From Minisyncoccota bacterium (GTDB lineage: Bacteria; Patescibacteriota; Minisyncoccia; Phycocordibacterales; JBAYLF01): a DNA stretch of 64,000 bases. Shown here in pieces: positions 19,885 through 30,115 of the stretch; positions within the stretch are counted from its first letter, which is position 1, and every line of letters starts with the position of its first letter. Both the position numbers and the translations under genes were made by a program. A model generated the notes under the pieces. That model had not been told where the DNA came from. It did not search any database and saw nothing but the letters and a program-made list of their open reading frames with translations. The stretch lies in contig JBAYLF010000001.1 in assembly GCA_041664205.1 (NCBI GenBank), positions 3,380-67,379 of the forward strand, written 5' to 3'.

Positions 19885-20745
19885 TTAAACCAATTCAGCG
19901 ATCTTTTTACTTGAAGCAGATTTATTTACAACAACCGGCTCGATGCTTTCGCGTGTCTTTGGTAAACATTGAGGATAATTTTTCTGAACAAAATCTAAAA
20001 GTTTTTCTCTAACTTCACATCTTAGATTCCAAGCGGCTCCGGCATCATTAGCACTAACAAGAGCTCGTAATTCAACAGTTCGTTCTTTTATATCAGTGAC
20101 CTGAATAACTTTCGCTTTTTTATTCCATAATGCTGAATTCTCCATTATTCTATCAAATTCCTCTCTCAACGGCTCTAGAGGCATAGAGTAATCAACATTT
20201 AAAAACACTGTGCCTAAAATATCCGAACCTGTTCTAGTCCAATTCTGAAAAGGCTTTTCGATAAAATAATTTATAGGAAGCACTAGACGTCTTTGATCCC
20301 ATATTTTAACAACAACATATGTAAGAGTTAATTCCTCTATTTTTCCCCATTCACCTTCAACAATAACAACATCGTCAAGCCGTATCGGCTGAGTTAATGC
20401 TATCTGAAATCCAGCAAGAATCATTGAAATGCTTTTTTGAGCTGCAAAACCAACAATAATACCAATCACTCCAGCTGAAGCAATAATGCTTGTTCCAATC
20501 TGTCGAACAGAATCAAAAACCATTAATATTGCTGCCCCCGTCAATATAAACAAAAATACCAAAGCAATTTTTTTTAAAAGTTTGACCTGCGTTAAAATTT
20601 TTCTTGCAGATAAATTATTTTCTTGATCAATACGATAACGTCTGATAACAGCTCTTTCAATAATATTAATAATTAAATAGACAACTAAGCTTGCTACAAG
20701 AATTAGTCCTAATGAAACAAAATATTGAAATGGAATATCAAACAT
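19885..20745 (-). CDS. Mechanosensitive channel, MscS family
   Basis: TM3-beta domain region GFAAQKSISMILAGFQIALTQPIRLDDVV. Confidence 0.75.
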   Translation of the reverse strand: MFDIPFQYFVSLGLILVASLVVYLIINIIERAVIRRYRIDQENNLSARKILTQVKLLKKIALVFLFILTGAAILMVFDSVRQIGTSIIASAGVIGIIVGFAAQKSISMILAGFQIALTQPIRLDDVVIVEGEWGKIEELTLTYVVVKIWDQRRLVLPINYFIEKPFQNWTRTGSDILGTVFLNVDYSMPLEPLREEFDRIMENSALWNKKAKVIQVTDIKERTVELRALVSANDAGAAWNLRCEVREKLLDFVQKNYPQCLPKTRESIEPVVVNKSASSKKIAELV

Positions 20746-21002
20746 AATTTTAAAATTTTAGACTTTAATAAAAAAATTATAACATAAAATTTAATCTGAT
20801 GGGATTTGAAACTTACAGCTTAGCATCGTGGGATTTGGTCACAGATAATTTTGCAAGGCAAAATTTCCGCGACCTCGCCTCGCGCCTGCTTCGCAGACTT
20901 CACTCGCAAGGCTCGTTCCGTGCGCTCCGGCTTTCAAATCCCACACTCTCCGCTCAACAAAATGGCGACACGCATTCGCGTGTCGCACTATTTTGTACGA
21001 GC

Positions 21003-21091
21003 GGAGAGTGTGGGATTTGAACCCACGAAGGGTTTTAAAGCCCTTACCTCGTTAGCAGTGAGGCGCTTTCGACCACTCAGCCAACTCTCCA
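21003..21091 (-). tRNA. tRNA-Ser (anticodon GCU), long variable arm, CCA not encoded
   Basis: Minus strand reads GGAGAGU-UG-GCUG..AGC-G-CCUCA-CUGCUAA-CGAGG-long arm-GUGGG-UUCAAAU-CCCAC-ACUCUCC-G. A-C mismatch at 31-39. Confidence 0.8.
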
Positions 21092-21208
21092 TTGTATGCC
21101 TAGCATACACAATATTTAGTTTTTCTTACAAAGACACTTTATCATATTACTAAACTCATTTCTAGTCGATGAGTTTTAATTCAAATTGCAGCCACAGCAA
21201 AATGTGTT

Positions 21209-21958
21209 ATGCTTTTCCCCAGTATGAACATTGAACAAATATATCAAAAATCAGATTCTTTAAATTTACAAGAAGAATCGCTTAAATCAGGTATTTTAGG
21301 AATTCAAAAAGAACGAAATGATCTTAATGAAGAAGTCAAACAAATGCTTCGTAATGGAGAAAGCACTGGTGATAAAGTATTAGATATCGTCATCAAACGT
21401 TTTGGCTTAGAAAAATCAAAAGATTACAGAAAAAGATTTTCTATCTTGCAAAAAACGATAGCTGATCATCAAGACGAATATGTTTTAATAATTGAGACTT
21501 CCGGTTATCGTGATGTTAGGCAATATTCAGCGATAATATCCGAAGCTGAAAATAAAATGTATCGCGGAATTCGCAGACTGCCCCAAGTTTATTATTATTT
21601 AGGCATAATTTCTGGAGAAGAAATTTTTTACGAAAATAATTGTCCTGAACATACTTATGAAGCTAACGAACTTCTCCAAATTCCAACACTCGCTCATATT
21701 GCAAAATCCACAACAACAGATTATACAAAACTTGAAGGTTGTATAAGATCGAAACATTCAGCAACTAAAAGATTAATGGCAATCACACAAGGCGAAGTTA
21801 ATGAAACAGGAACTATTTTTAGTCTAGGTGAAGATTCTCAAAAAGTTATATTTGTAATTGGTAATCCATCTTTAAATGAGTTTTTTGCTCAAAAAACTCA
21901 AGAAGCATCTATGGCAAAACAAAACTTTGATCATATGATGCCACTTCTTAAAAAATAA
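21209..21958 (+). CDS. Hypothetical protein
   Basis: ORF followed by a strong terminator at 21969-22000. Confidence 0.3.
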   Translation: MLFPSMNIEQIYQKSDSLNLQEESLKSGILGIQKERNDLNEEVKQMLRNGESTGDKVLDIVIKRFGLEKSKDYRKRFSILQKTIADHQDEYVLIIETSGYRDVRQYSAIISEAENKMYRGIRRLPQVYYYLGIISGEEIFYENNCPEHTYEANELLQIPTLAHIAKSTTTDYTKLEGCIRSKHSATKRLMAITQGEVNETGTIFSLGEDSQKVIFVIGNPSLNEFFAQKTQEASMAKQNFDHMMPLLKK

Positions 21959-22029
21959 GGCGCCACAGCGCACGACTATCGAAATAGTCGTGCGCTTTTC
22001 ATTTTTATACGCTGAAGTAGAATAGCAGA

Positions 22030-24180
22030 ATGATACTAAAAGACCCTATTGAAAAAGCTTTCAGACTGTCGCCTCTTCAAAAGATAGCTCTAAGCAAGTT
22101 GAGAATAAAAACTGTAGAAGATCTGCTTTTCTATTTTCCTACTCATTATGGCGAAATTGCTGAGGTTAAGCTTATTCAAAATCTGTCAAAAGGCGACCAT
22201 GCGACCCTCTACGGTAAAATCTCAAAACTCAAAATGAGCAAAGCTTACATTAAAAAAATTCCAATGGCAGAAGCAAATCTAGAAGATGAAAGCGGGCACA
22301 TTAAAATGATCTGGTTCCATCAGCCTTATATAACCAAAATGATAACAGAAGACGGTTTTTATAAAGTTGAAGGAAATGTTTCAGAAAGAAAAGGTCAGCT
22401 TTATATCACAAACCCAGACGTTGTAGGAATAAGCAAACTACCAACTGCGGTCGGAGATTCTATTTTTGGAGAAGCTGTAGAAAATTTTGGCTATCCAGTT
22501 TATTCAGAAAGTAGAGGAATTACATCTAAATGGTTTTATTATGCAATTCAGAAAATTTTCCAAGCTGGATTGCTTGATGAAGTTGTAGATCCTATTCCTG
22601 CTGAAATTTTAAAAAAATATAATTTGCCGACACTTAAGACCGCGCTCTTTTGGATACACGAACCAAAGAAAAAATCTGACGCAGACGCCGCAAGAAAGCG
22701 CTTCGCTTTCGAAGAAGTTTTTTTTATACAGCTTGCAAATCAAAGAATGCGACTTGAATACGAAAAAGAGCATGCATTTAAAATAGAGAGGCCAAGCAAA
22801 GACATTGAAGAGTTCGTTTCTCGCTTCCCTTTCAAAATGACAAATGCTCAGCAAAAAGCTGTGAACCATATTCTTGAAGATTTTAAAAAAGGACGACCGA
22901 TGGCGAGGCTTCTCGAAGGAGATGTCGGTAGCGGAAAGACTGCAGTCGCCGCTTGTGCCGTATACGCTACAACTATGACCAATCCAGGAAAACAAAATTA
23001 CGGATCGCTTCAAACTGCTTATATGGTGCCAACAGAAATTTTAGCAAAACAGCATTTTGAATCTTTTATAAAGTATTTTTCGCATCTCAATATTTCCATA
23101 GGGCTTTTAACTGGAAGTGAGTGTAGAAAATTTCCTTCAAAAGTAAATCCATCTGGTTGGACTCATATTTCAAAAGCTCAACTAAAAAAGTGGGTAGCAA
23201 ACGGAGAGATCGCCGTGCTTATAGGAACACATGCTTTAATCCAAAAATCAGTCACATTTAAAAATTTAGCCAATGTTATCATCGATGAACAGCATCGCTT
23301 CGGCACAAGCCAAAGACAAAAATTAACAAGGAAAGATAAAATTGCTCCTCATCTGCTTTCGATGACCGCAACGCCGATCCCTCGCACACTTGCTCTAACG
23401 ATATTCGGCGACCTTGATCTGACGCTTCTAGATGAAATGCCTGCTGGAAGAAAAATAATAATAACAGAGATCGTTACGCCAGATAAAAGAAATAACGCTT
23501 ATGAAAAAATTGAAAAAGAACTAGAGAGCGGAAGACAGCTATACATAATCTGCCCTCGAATAGACGAACCGGATCCAGATAAAGAACAAACATTGAATGT
23601 TAAATCAGTAACAGAGGAAGCAAAAAGATTAAAAAGGGAAGTTTTTCCAAAATATGAAATTGCAATCTTGCACAGCAAGATGAAGCCGAAAGAAAAAGAA
23701 AAAATAATGAATGATTTTTACGAAGGACGATTGGATATTTTGGTTTCTACTTCTGTAGTGGAAGTTGGCGTAAATGTTCCAAATGCAACTGTAATAATAA
23801 TTGAGGGCGCAGAGCGATTTGGTCTGGCACAGCTTCATCAGCTTCGAGGCCGCGTATTACGAAGTAATCATCAGGCATACTGCTTTGTTTTTGCTGAAGC
23901 AAAAACAAAAAAAACTTTAGACAGACTGCGCGCATTTAAAAATGCAAAAAATGGTTTTGAACTTGCCGAATACGACCTGGCATTTCGCGGACCAGGAGAA
24001 CTTTCCGGGGTTAAGCAATGGGGACTTTCAGATCTTGGAATGGAAGCAATAAAAAATATTAGAATGGTTGAGGCTGCAAGGCTCGAAGCACAGGAACTTT
24101 TAAAAAATAATCCAGAATTAATATCATACTCGCTGATAAAAAAGAAATTAGAATCCAAAAAAGAAATTCATTTTGAATAA
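22030..24180 (+). CDS. recG: ATP-dependent DNA helicase RecG
   Basis: Wedge domain + helicase motifs (GDVGSGKT, DEQHRFG), 716 aa. Confidence 0.85.
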   Translation: MILKDPIEKAFRLSPLQKIALSKLRIKTVEDLLFYFPTHYGEIAEVKLIQNLSKGDHATLYGKISKLKMSKAYIKKIPMAEANLEDESGHIKMIWFHQPYITKMITEDGFYKVEGNVSERKGQLYITNPDVVGISKLPTAVGDSIFGEAVENFGYPVYSESRGITSKWFYYAIQKIFQAGLLDEVVDPIPAEILKKYNLPTLKTALFWIHEPKKKSDADAARKRFAFEEVFFIQLANQRMRLEYEKEHAFKIERPSKDIEEFVSRFPFKMTNAQQKAVNHILEDFKKGRPMARLLEGDVGSGKTAVAACAVYATTMTNPGKQNYGSLQTAYMVPTEILAKQHFESFIKYFSHLNISIGLLTGSECRKFPSKVNPSGWTHISKAQLKKWVANGEIAVLIGTHALIQKSVTFKNLANVIIDEQHRFGTSQRQKLTRKDKIAPHLLSMTATPIPRTLALTIFGDLDLTLLDEMPAGRKIIITEIVTPDKRNNAYEKIEKELESGRQLYIICPRIDEPDPDKEQTLNVKSVTEEAKRLKREVFPKYEIAILHSKMKPKEKEKIMNDFYEGRLDILVSTSVVEVGVNVPNATVIIIEGAERFGLAQLHQLRGRVLRSNHQAYCFVFAEAKTKKTLDRLRAFKNAKNGFELAEYDLAFRGPGELSGVKQWGLSDLGMEAIKNIRMVEAARLEAQELLKNNPELISYSLIKKKLESKKEIHFE

Positions 24181-24188
24181 CAATATTA

Positions 24189-24218
24189 AAAACGGCCTGC
24201 ACTAGCAGGCCGTTTTTT
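24189..24218 (+). terminator. Intrinsic terminator after recG (acggcctgc-acta-gcaggccgt + T6)
   Basis: Read directly. Confidence 0.7.
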
Positions 24219-24226
24219 AATTTATT

Positions 24227-24397
24227 GTAGCATTTGTAGAATTGGATACAGTTCGACCCGTCCGCCACGCAAGCAGAGCCTTGCGAGGCGTTGCGGGCGA
24301 GAGGCGCGAGTGCGGAGCAAACTGAGCAATACTTTGTAGTATTGTGAAGGAGCACCGCAAGCGAGCAACAAAGAAATGTGCCAATCCTACAAATGCT
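24227..24397. repeat. GC-rich MITE-like element, family 2, long variant (TIR tagcatttgtagaattgg / ccaatcctacaaatgcta). Abuts the stop codon of the 823-aa surface-protein gene
   Basis: Shares core gagcaatactttgtagtattgtgaaggagcaccg and gcaacaaagaaatgtgcc with the element at 3352-3473. Confidence 0.5.
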
Positions 24398-24399
24398 AT

Positions 24400-26871
24400 T
24401 TAATTTATCGTAAACACTCCGCTATTGGCAGTGTGAGTAGTATCGCTCTCATCAATCACTTTTATATAATAACTAGAACCAGCGGTGAGTGTAGTTGGTA
24501 AAATATAATCTATAGAACCTGAGTCTGGATCAACGCCTGTAGCAATATCAAGAATCGCTGCGCTAGTCCAAAGTGAAAACTTAAGTTTCCCTACACCCAT
24601 AGCACTCCATCTGATAGGTAAAACATTTCCTCTTGTAAAAATTTGTCCAATAACAGGCTGACTAACATAAATATTAGGCGTTTGAATACTGAATGACTGA
24701 CTACTCTTGCCGAATACATTTGCATTTATTGCATTGTAAACAAAAATAGAATAATTATCACCCAAAGCCTGCGTAGTAGGAATTGTCCAATTATATGAAC
24801 CTGTATTACTTATACTTGTTGCAAGTGTTGTAGTTCCTGTTCCATTAACAAGAACAATACTAACTTTTGGAACGCTACCTGTGGTTGACCAAGAAATTGG
24901 TAATGTTTTCCCTCGATAAAATGTTCCACCAGTATCAGGGGAAGAAAGAGTTAAAAGACCTGAAACAATTTTAAAAATACCACTTGTTGCATACACAGAA
25001 GCATTATCTGATTCTTGAATGCGAATACGATATCTATCCCAAGGAGAAATATCATTACCTAATGTCCATGAAGCACCACCATTATTTATAATATTAGATG
25101 CTAAAGTGCTCGTGCTTGAAACGACTTCAATTGCCGTTCCACCACTAACTATCGTTGATGAATTAATAAGCAACTTTTCAAGAATTATATCAACATTAGA
25201 AATATATCCTGTTGAACTCCAAACAATTCTTTCAGAAGACCCAGGCGACAAAACTTCACCATTCACAGGAGAACTAACACTAATCGATCCATCTGTAATT
25301 AAAAAATTTGCATTATTTGATGTTCCATTTGCATTTGAAATTGTAATAGGATAACTCCCTATTGGTCTAACTTTTGGTAGTGTAAAAGTAAGATAAACTC
25401 CATCCAAAGAGCTTACTCTACTAACAGTAGTCGTTGTTCCAATATTTATATTGTTTGCCAAAACATCAGTGCTTGTTGAAAGAAAACCAATACCATTAAC
25501 ATTAATCGTGGTTCCAGCCGGACCTGATGTCGGATTAATATTATAAATCGCCGGAGTAGTTGTAGATTTTGTCACGGTGAAAAAAACAGGAGAACTTGTG
25601 CCACTACCGTTTGATACGCTTATTGGATATGTTCCAAGAGGAATAACAGATGACGAACAATAAGATCCTGGTGAGCAAGGCCTTTCAGGAATTCTAAAAA
25701 ATAATTGATTGCCATATGAAGATGCTAAACCAACCAAAGCATTACTTACACCAGCAAAATTAATATTATTGGTTAATGTAGTTGCAAATCCTGTGCCGAC
25801 TAACGTAACTATTGTTCCTGTTTGTCCGCTTGATGGAGATACATAGGTTATTGAAGGAGCTCCCCAACTCGTAGAAGTAGATGTGCCACTGCTGACAATA
25901 ATAGAATATGATTGCTCTAAATTATCACTTTGACCACTTTCTACCAAACGCAGTTTAAAATTATAAACTCCCGCTCTAGTTGGAGTGCCTCCAATATGAA
26001 TCGGGGTCTGACATGGATACCTAACACAAACTGTGGCATCGCTTAAATATAATCCATCCGGCAAATAACCATTTGAAAGACTCCAGCTATAATTACCAAG
26101 CCCTCCTAATGATGATACCGACACATCATAAGGCGCCCCCACATAAGCTATAGGCAAAGAAGCAGGAGTAAACGGTAATAATGTTGTTGTAGAATAATTT
26201 AATAAATTAAATTTAAAGATATTGCTCTGTTTGCCACTCGGAGTAAATACAGAAACATCATATATTCCCTTTTGTGCAATCTTGTCTGGAGTAAGACATG
26301 GAGGTTCTGCGTAACGACATATAGGCAATAAAACATTTGGCACATTAAATTTAAGAGAGGTGCCATTTTGAGAAGAAATATTTATAATTGCACCATCACC
26401 AAATTTAACTATATTATTGTTAAGAGCAAAACCAGATCCATTTATTGTAACTTCTGAATTCCAAAGTCCAGAGTTTGGTGAAATTCCTGTAATTATTGGG
26501 GAACCTTTTATGTCTGTGACAAGACCTCCACAAGTCAGCTGTCTTATTTTCTCGCGCGTTATTGGGCCTAAAGAACCATAACCAGTTGTTGATGGCGTTC
26601 CAGAATACACAACTCCATTTCTAGATTGAAAATCTTTTACAGCTTGTTCTGTTATTGATCCAAAAAAACCTGTGATCTCTGGATAATTATAATCACCTTG
26701 AGCTTCCAAAAATGATTGCAATTTAGAAACTTCACCATTAACTAATGCATCTCTTGAACCGTAAAATATTTTGTAAGTAAATGTGACGCAAGAACTAGAT
26801 GTATCAGCATTGGCATACGGAATATTTAAGAAAAGAGCCAAGAGAACAGAAAGAAGTATAATTTTTTTCAT
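24400..26871 (-). CDS. Large secreted cell-surface protein: signal peptide, peptidoglycan-binding (PG_binding_1-like) domain, then multiple IPT/TIG-like beta-sandwich repeats
   Basis: LQSFLEAQGDY..GFFGSITEQAVKDFQ (PG-binding signature); repeated ITGISPNSG..VTINGSGF / ITYVSPSSGQTGT..GTGF / IYNINPTSGPAGT..GIGF units. Confidence 0.55.
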   Translation of the reverse strand: MKKIILLSVLLALFLNIPYANADTSSSCVTFTYKIFYGSRDALVNGEVSKLQSFLEAQGDYNYPEITGFFGSITEQAVKDFQSRNGVVYSGTPSTTGYGSLGPITREKIRQLTCGGLVTDIKGSPIITGISPNSGLWNSEVTINGSGFALNNNIVKFGDGAIINISSQNGTSLKFNVPNVLLPICRYAEPPCLTPDKIAQKGIYDVSVFTPSGKQSNIFKFNLLNYSTTTLLPFTPASLPIAYVGAPYDVSVSSLGGLGNYSWSLSNGYLPDGLYLSDATVCVRYPCQTPIHIGGTPTRAGVYNFKLRLVESGQSDNLEQSYSIIVSSGTSTSTSWGAPSITYVSPSSGQTGTIVTLVGTGFATTLTNNINFAGVSNALVGLASSYGNQLFFRIPERPCSPGSYCSSSVIPLGTYPISVSNGSGTSSPVFFTVTKSTTTPAIYNINPTSGPAGTTINVNGIGFLSTSTDVLANNINIGTTTTVSRVSSLDGVYLTFTLPKVRPIGSYPITISNANGTSNNANFLITDGSISVSSPVNGEVLSPGSSERIVWSSTGYISNVDIILEKLLINSSTIVSGGTAIEVVSSTSTLASNIINNGGASWTLGNDISPWDRYRIRIQESDNASVYATSGIFKIVSGLLTLSSPDTGGTFYRGKTLPISWSTTGSVPKVSIVLVNGTGTTTLATSISNTGSYNWTIPTTQALGDNYSIFVYNAINANVFGKSSQSFSIQTPNIYVSQPVIGQIFTRGNVLPIRWSAMGVGKLKFSLWTSAAILDIATGVDPDSGSIDYILPTTLTAGSSYYIKVIDESDTTHTANSGVFTIN

Positions 26872-26997
26872 AGAAAATAATTTATAATTGAATATCTCTA
26901 TTATATAATAGAAAAAATAATACTTTTTAATAAATGTTGATAAGTATGGTTGTTTAGTATAATATTAAATTGCCTTATATCGTTATAATGCAATTAT

Positions 26998-27070
26998 GGG
27001 CGTATAGCTCAGTTGGTAGAGCACGGAGCTTATACCTCCGCGGTCCTAGGTTCGAGTCCTAGTGCGCCCA
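26998..27070 (+). tRNA. tRNA-Ile with genomically encoded anticodon UAU (reads AUA); CCA not encoded. Sigma70-like promoter TTGATA-17-TATAAT immediately upstream
   Basis: Cloverleaf parsed by hand: acceptor GGGCGUA/UGCGCCC, D GCUC/GAGC, anticodon stem CGGAG/CUCCG, loop CUUAUAC, T CUAGG-UUCGAGU-CCUAG. Confidence 0.8.
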
Positions 27071-27149
27071 CAAATTACTTTGAGATATAAAAGAAAAAAG
27101 CCCAATTAAGTTTGGGCTTTTGAATATGAAAATATAATTTATCATCAGC

Positions 27150-27569
27150 TTAAAGACCGGCTTCTAAACCACCCTCATCTCGAATTCTACAATCTTCAGA
27201 ACAATAGATTCTGTCAGAAAAATATCCTTTAACTCGACATGAATAGCAAACCTTATGATCACAAGATTCTTCTCCTTCCCCGCACTCTTCACATTCACAT
27301 TCGCTTAATGGTCCGCATTCCTCAATAGGTTTGACGCAACCAAAGCATGTTAGATCTTCTAATCTAAGACCTTCGGTCGGCTTAGAAATTTCCTCACTTT
27401 TGCTTCCAACACAATCATTACAACAAATCTGAAAATCTCCCGTGGTAGTGCGACAATATAAACAAAAAAATTCATTACAAAAAATACACTCTTCTAATTC
27501 GCACGGATTTATTTTTCTGTTACATTTTTTACACCTATCTCTTTCAAAATTCTCGCCAAATTCATTCAT
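27150..27569 (-). CDS. Small cysteine-rich protein (139 aa, about 24 Cys in many CxxC pairs), unknown function
   Basis: ORF with clean terminator; paralogous in composition to the next gene. Confidence 0.4.
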   Translation of the reverse strand: MNEFGENFERDRCKKCNRKINPCELEECIFCNEFFCLYCRTTTGDFQICCNDCVGSKSEEISKPTEGLRLEDLTCFGCVKPIEECGPLSECECEECGEGEESCDHKVCYSCRVKGYFSDRIYCSEDCRIRDEGGLEAGL

Positions 27570-27666
27570 AATATTTTGATTCTAAAAAGAAGTATAATTA
27601 AATAACATTCTTTTGTAAACAAAAAAGAGTCTCAGTGAGACTCTTTTAATTTTTGAGTTTTTAAAC

Positions 27667-27939
27667 TCAACAACATCCATTTGTTCCGGAACTTATTTCG
27701 ACATGATAATTTCCTTTGACTAAATGCTCGCTTGCATTAACTTTTTCCATGCATTCTTGGCAACAAAAAACATTGCCTTTTTCATCCTTAATATTAGCAG
27801 AACATTTTGTGCAACATAAACAACTCGGACGACTACATCCGGTCATGCCACCAACCTCATCAATCGTTCCGCCACATTTTGAACATTTTATCGAATTTGC
27901 TATCTCATCATACGCTTCATCAATTTCTCTTTCATTCAT
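27667..27939 (-). CDS. Small cysteine-rich protein (90 aa, about 14 Cys), unknown function
   Basis: ORF; both proteins start MNE.. Confidence 0.4.
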   Translation of the reverse strand: MNEREIDEAYDEIANSIKCSKCGGTIDEVGGMTGCSRPSCLCCTKCSANIKDEKGNVFCCQECMEKVNASEHLVKGNYHVEISSGTNGCC

Positions 27940-28040
27940 AACTTACCTTTCTTTTTCTGAAAAAAGTATAGTTTAAAAAATATTTTCTTGCAAATAAAAA
28001 ATCGACAACCTTGATTGGCTTGCCGATTTTTTAAATAAAT

Positions 28041-30011
28041 TTAAGCTTGATGTTCTATGTCAATTTTCTTTTTTGGAACAATGCCATTCGCAACAAGAAT
28101 TTTTTCAAACTCTTCGCGTTCAATTGTTTCGACTTCCATAAGTTTTTCCGCAATGACATTTAGAATTTTTCTATGTTCAGTAATAATGCTCAAAGCTTTT
28201 GTATTTGAATCGTTCATGATCTTAGAAACCTCTGAATCGATTTTTTTACTGACTTCTTCTGAATATTCCCTATTCTCAACACCTCGTCCAAACATTGCTC
28301 TGCCTCCAGAACTCTCTAGTGCAATCGGTCCGATGTTGTCAGACATTCCATATTTTGTAACCATATCTCGAGCCAACGCTGTAGCAACCTGGAGATCATT
28401 TGAAGATCCTGTTGTTAAGTCTCCAAAAATATTTTTCTCAACTACATATCCACCAAGTGATACTACAATATCATCCATAAATTCATTCTTTGATTGAAGT
28501 TTTCGTTCTTCAAGAGGAAGCTTCAAAGTATATCCTGCAGCACGCCCCCTAGAAATAATAGAAACTTTATGAACTGGATCCGCATATGGTAACACCGATG
28601 CAAGAAGAGCATGTCCTGCTTCATGATATGCAGTGATTTCTTTTTCTTTCTTTGAAAGAAGGTGGCTTTTTCTCTCAGGTCCTAACATAACTTTTTCAAT
28701 TGATCTAATAAGATCGTATTGAGAAATTTTTGAACGACTCTCTCGCGCTGTCAAAATTGCCCCCTCGTTCATAAGTGATTGTAGATCAGCACCAGAAAAT
28801 CCTGGAGTGCGTTCTGCAACAACTTTCAAATTAATATCTTCTGCTAAAGGTTTTTCACGTGCATGAATTTTCAAAATTTCTTCGCGATCATTTCTGTCTG
28901 GAAGATCAATCACTACTCGCCTATCAAATCGTCCTGGTCGTAAAAGTGCTGGGTCTAAAACGTCAGGTCTGTTTGTTGCAGCCATAACGATCACTTTTTC
29001 TGTTTGTTCGAAACCATCCATCTCAACCAAAATTTGGTTTAACGTCTGTTCTCTCTCATCATTTCCTCCGCCAATTCCAGTGCCTCGAACACGCCCCACT
29101 GCATCAATTTCATCAATGAAAATAATCGAAGGTGCGGATTGTTTTGCCATTCGAAAAAGATCTCGAACGCGGCTTGCTCCAACACCTACAAACATTTCTA
29201 CGAATTCTGAACCCGATACAGAAAAGAATGGCACGCCTGCTTCGCCAGCAACAGCACGTGCAAGAAGTGTCTTGCCTGTTCCTGCTGCGCCCATCAAAAT
29301 AACTCCCTTAGGAATACGTGCTCCTATATCTAAAAACTTTTTCGGATTTTTTAAGAAATCAACAATTTCTACAAGTTCTTCTTTTGCTTCTTTTGCGCCC
29401 GCAACTTCTTTAAAAGTAATTCTTTGCTTTTTATCATGAGGCAAAATCATTCTTGCTCTCGACTGTCCAAAAGTAAATGCTTGCATGCCTGCTCCTTTTA
29501 CCTGACGTGAAATGAACCAAAGAAAAATTCCGACAAAAACCAGAGGAATTAAAAATGGCGCTAAAGTAACAAACCAATAGAAAAAGCCTGAGGGATCTTG
29601 TTCAGAAATTTTTACATCTTTTAGCGATTCTTGTTTTACTCCATAGTTAACAAGTGTCTGCGAAAGCGGTGTTCCTGTTTCTTTTTTAGATTTTTTTACA
29701 ACAGATTGAGCTCCGTCTTGAGCTTTGTATGTAACATTAAGATCATCTCCTTGAACAGATATTTCAGTCACTAATCCAGAAGAAACATCTGAGGCAATCT
29801 CTGAAATTGGAACTGTTGGATTACTTTTTGTTTCGTCAGCTAAAAATGAATAGAGAGTTACAAGCAAAAGAAAAATAAGAAGCGTGCTTATAATATTTCC
29901 TGTAAATTGCTTATTTTTATCTCCGCCTTTTTTATTATCGCCGCTGAAGTTTAATTTAATATTTTTAAACTTTTGCTGGTTCTTTGGTTTTTTTTCGTTT
30001 AAGTTTGGCAT
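28041..30011 (-). CDS. ftsH: ATP-dependent zinc metalloprotease FtsH
   Basis: TM anchor, AAA Walker [19 protein letters not shown] zinc motif. Confidence 0.9.
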   Translation of the reverse strand: MPNLNEKKPKNQQKFKNIKLNFSGDNKKGGDKNKQFTGNIISTLLIFLLLVTLYSFLADETKSNPTVPISEIASDVSSGLVTEISVQGDDLNVTYKAQDGAQSVVKKSKKETGTPLSQTLVNYGVKQESLKDVKISEQDPSGFFYWFVTLAPFLIPLVFVGIFLWFISRQVKGAGMQAFTFGQSRARMILPHDKKQRITFKEVAGAKEAKEELVEIVDFLKNPKKFLDIGARIPKGVILMGAAGTGKTLLARAVAGEAGVPFFSVSGSEFVEMFVGVGASRVRDLFRMAKQSAPSIIFIDEIDAVGRVRGTGIGGGNDEREQTLNQILVEMDGFEQTEKVIVMAATNRPDVLDPALLRPGRFDRRVVIDLPDRNDREEILKIHAREKPLAEDINLKVVAERTPGFSGADLQSLMNEGAILTARESRSKISQYDLIRSIEKVMLGPERKSHLLSKKEKEITAYHEAGHALLASVLPYADPVHKVSIISRGRAAGYTLKLPLEERKLQSKNEFMDDIVVSLGGYVVEKNIFGDLTTGSSNDLQVATALARDMVTKYGMSDNIGPIALESSGGRAMFGRGVENREYSEEVSKKIDSEVSKIMNDSNTKALSIITEHRKILNVIAEKLMEVETIEREEFEKILVANGIVPKKKIDIEHQA

Positions 30012-30115
30012 AATTTAAATTAATTAGATTTAAAAAATTATATCACAAAAACCCCAAAAAGGAACCCGACCATTATGATTTGCATACTTATACTGATAAT
30101 ATATACAATATAAAT

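Noticed and set aside
20799-21153. Two overlapping plus-strand ORFs (73 aa and 100 aa)
   Set aside because: They overlap tRNA-Ser(GCU) on the opposite strand and the GC-rich att-scar block. The open frames are a composition artefact of the GC-rich sequence.
28057-29439. Antisense ORFs nested inside ftsH (also 4003-4358 in pilT, 42972-43154 in the giant surface gene, 48823-49428 in recA, 49815-50189 in efp, 23629-24355 at the recG end, etc.)
   Set aside because: They are embedded opposite well-supported conserved genes, have low-complexity translations and no independent signals. They are treated as shadow ORFs.
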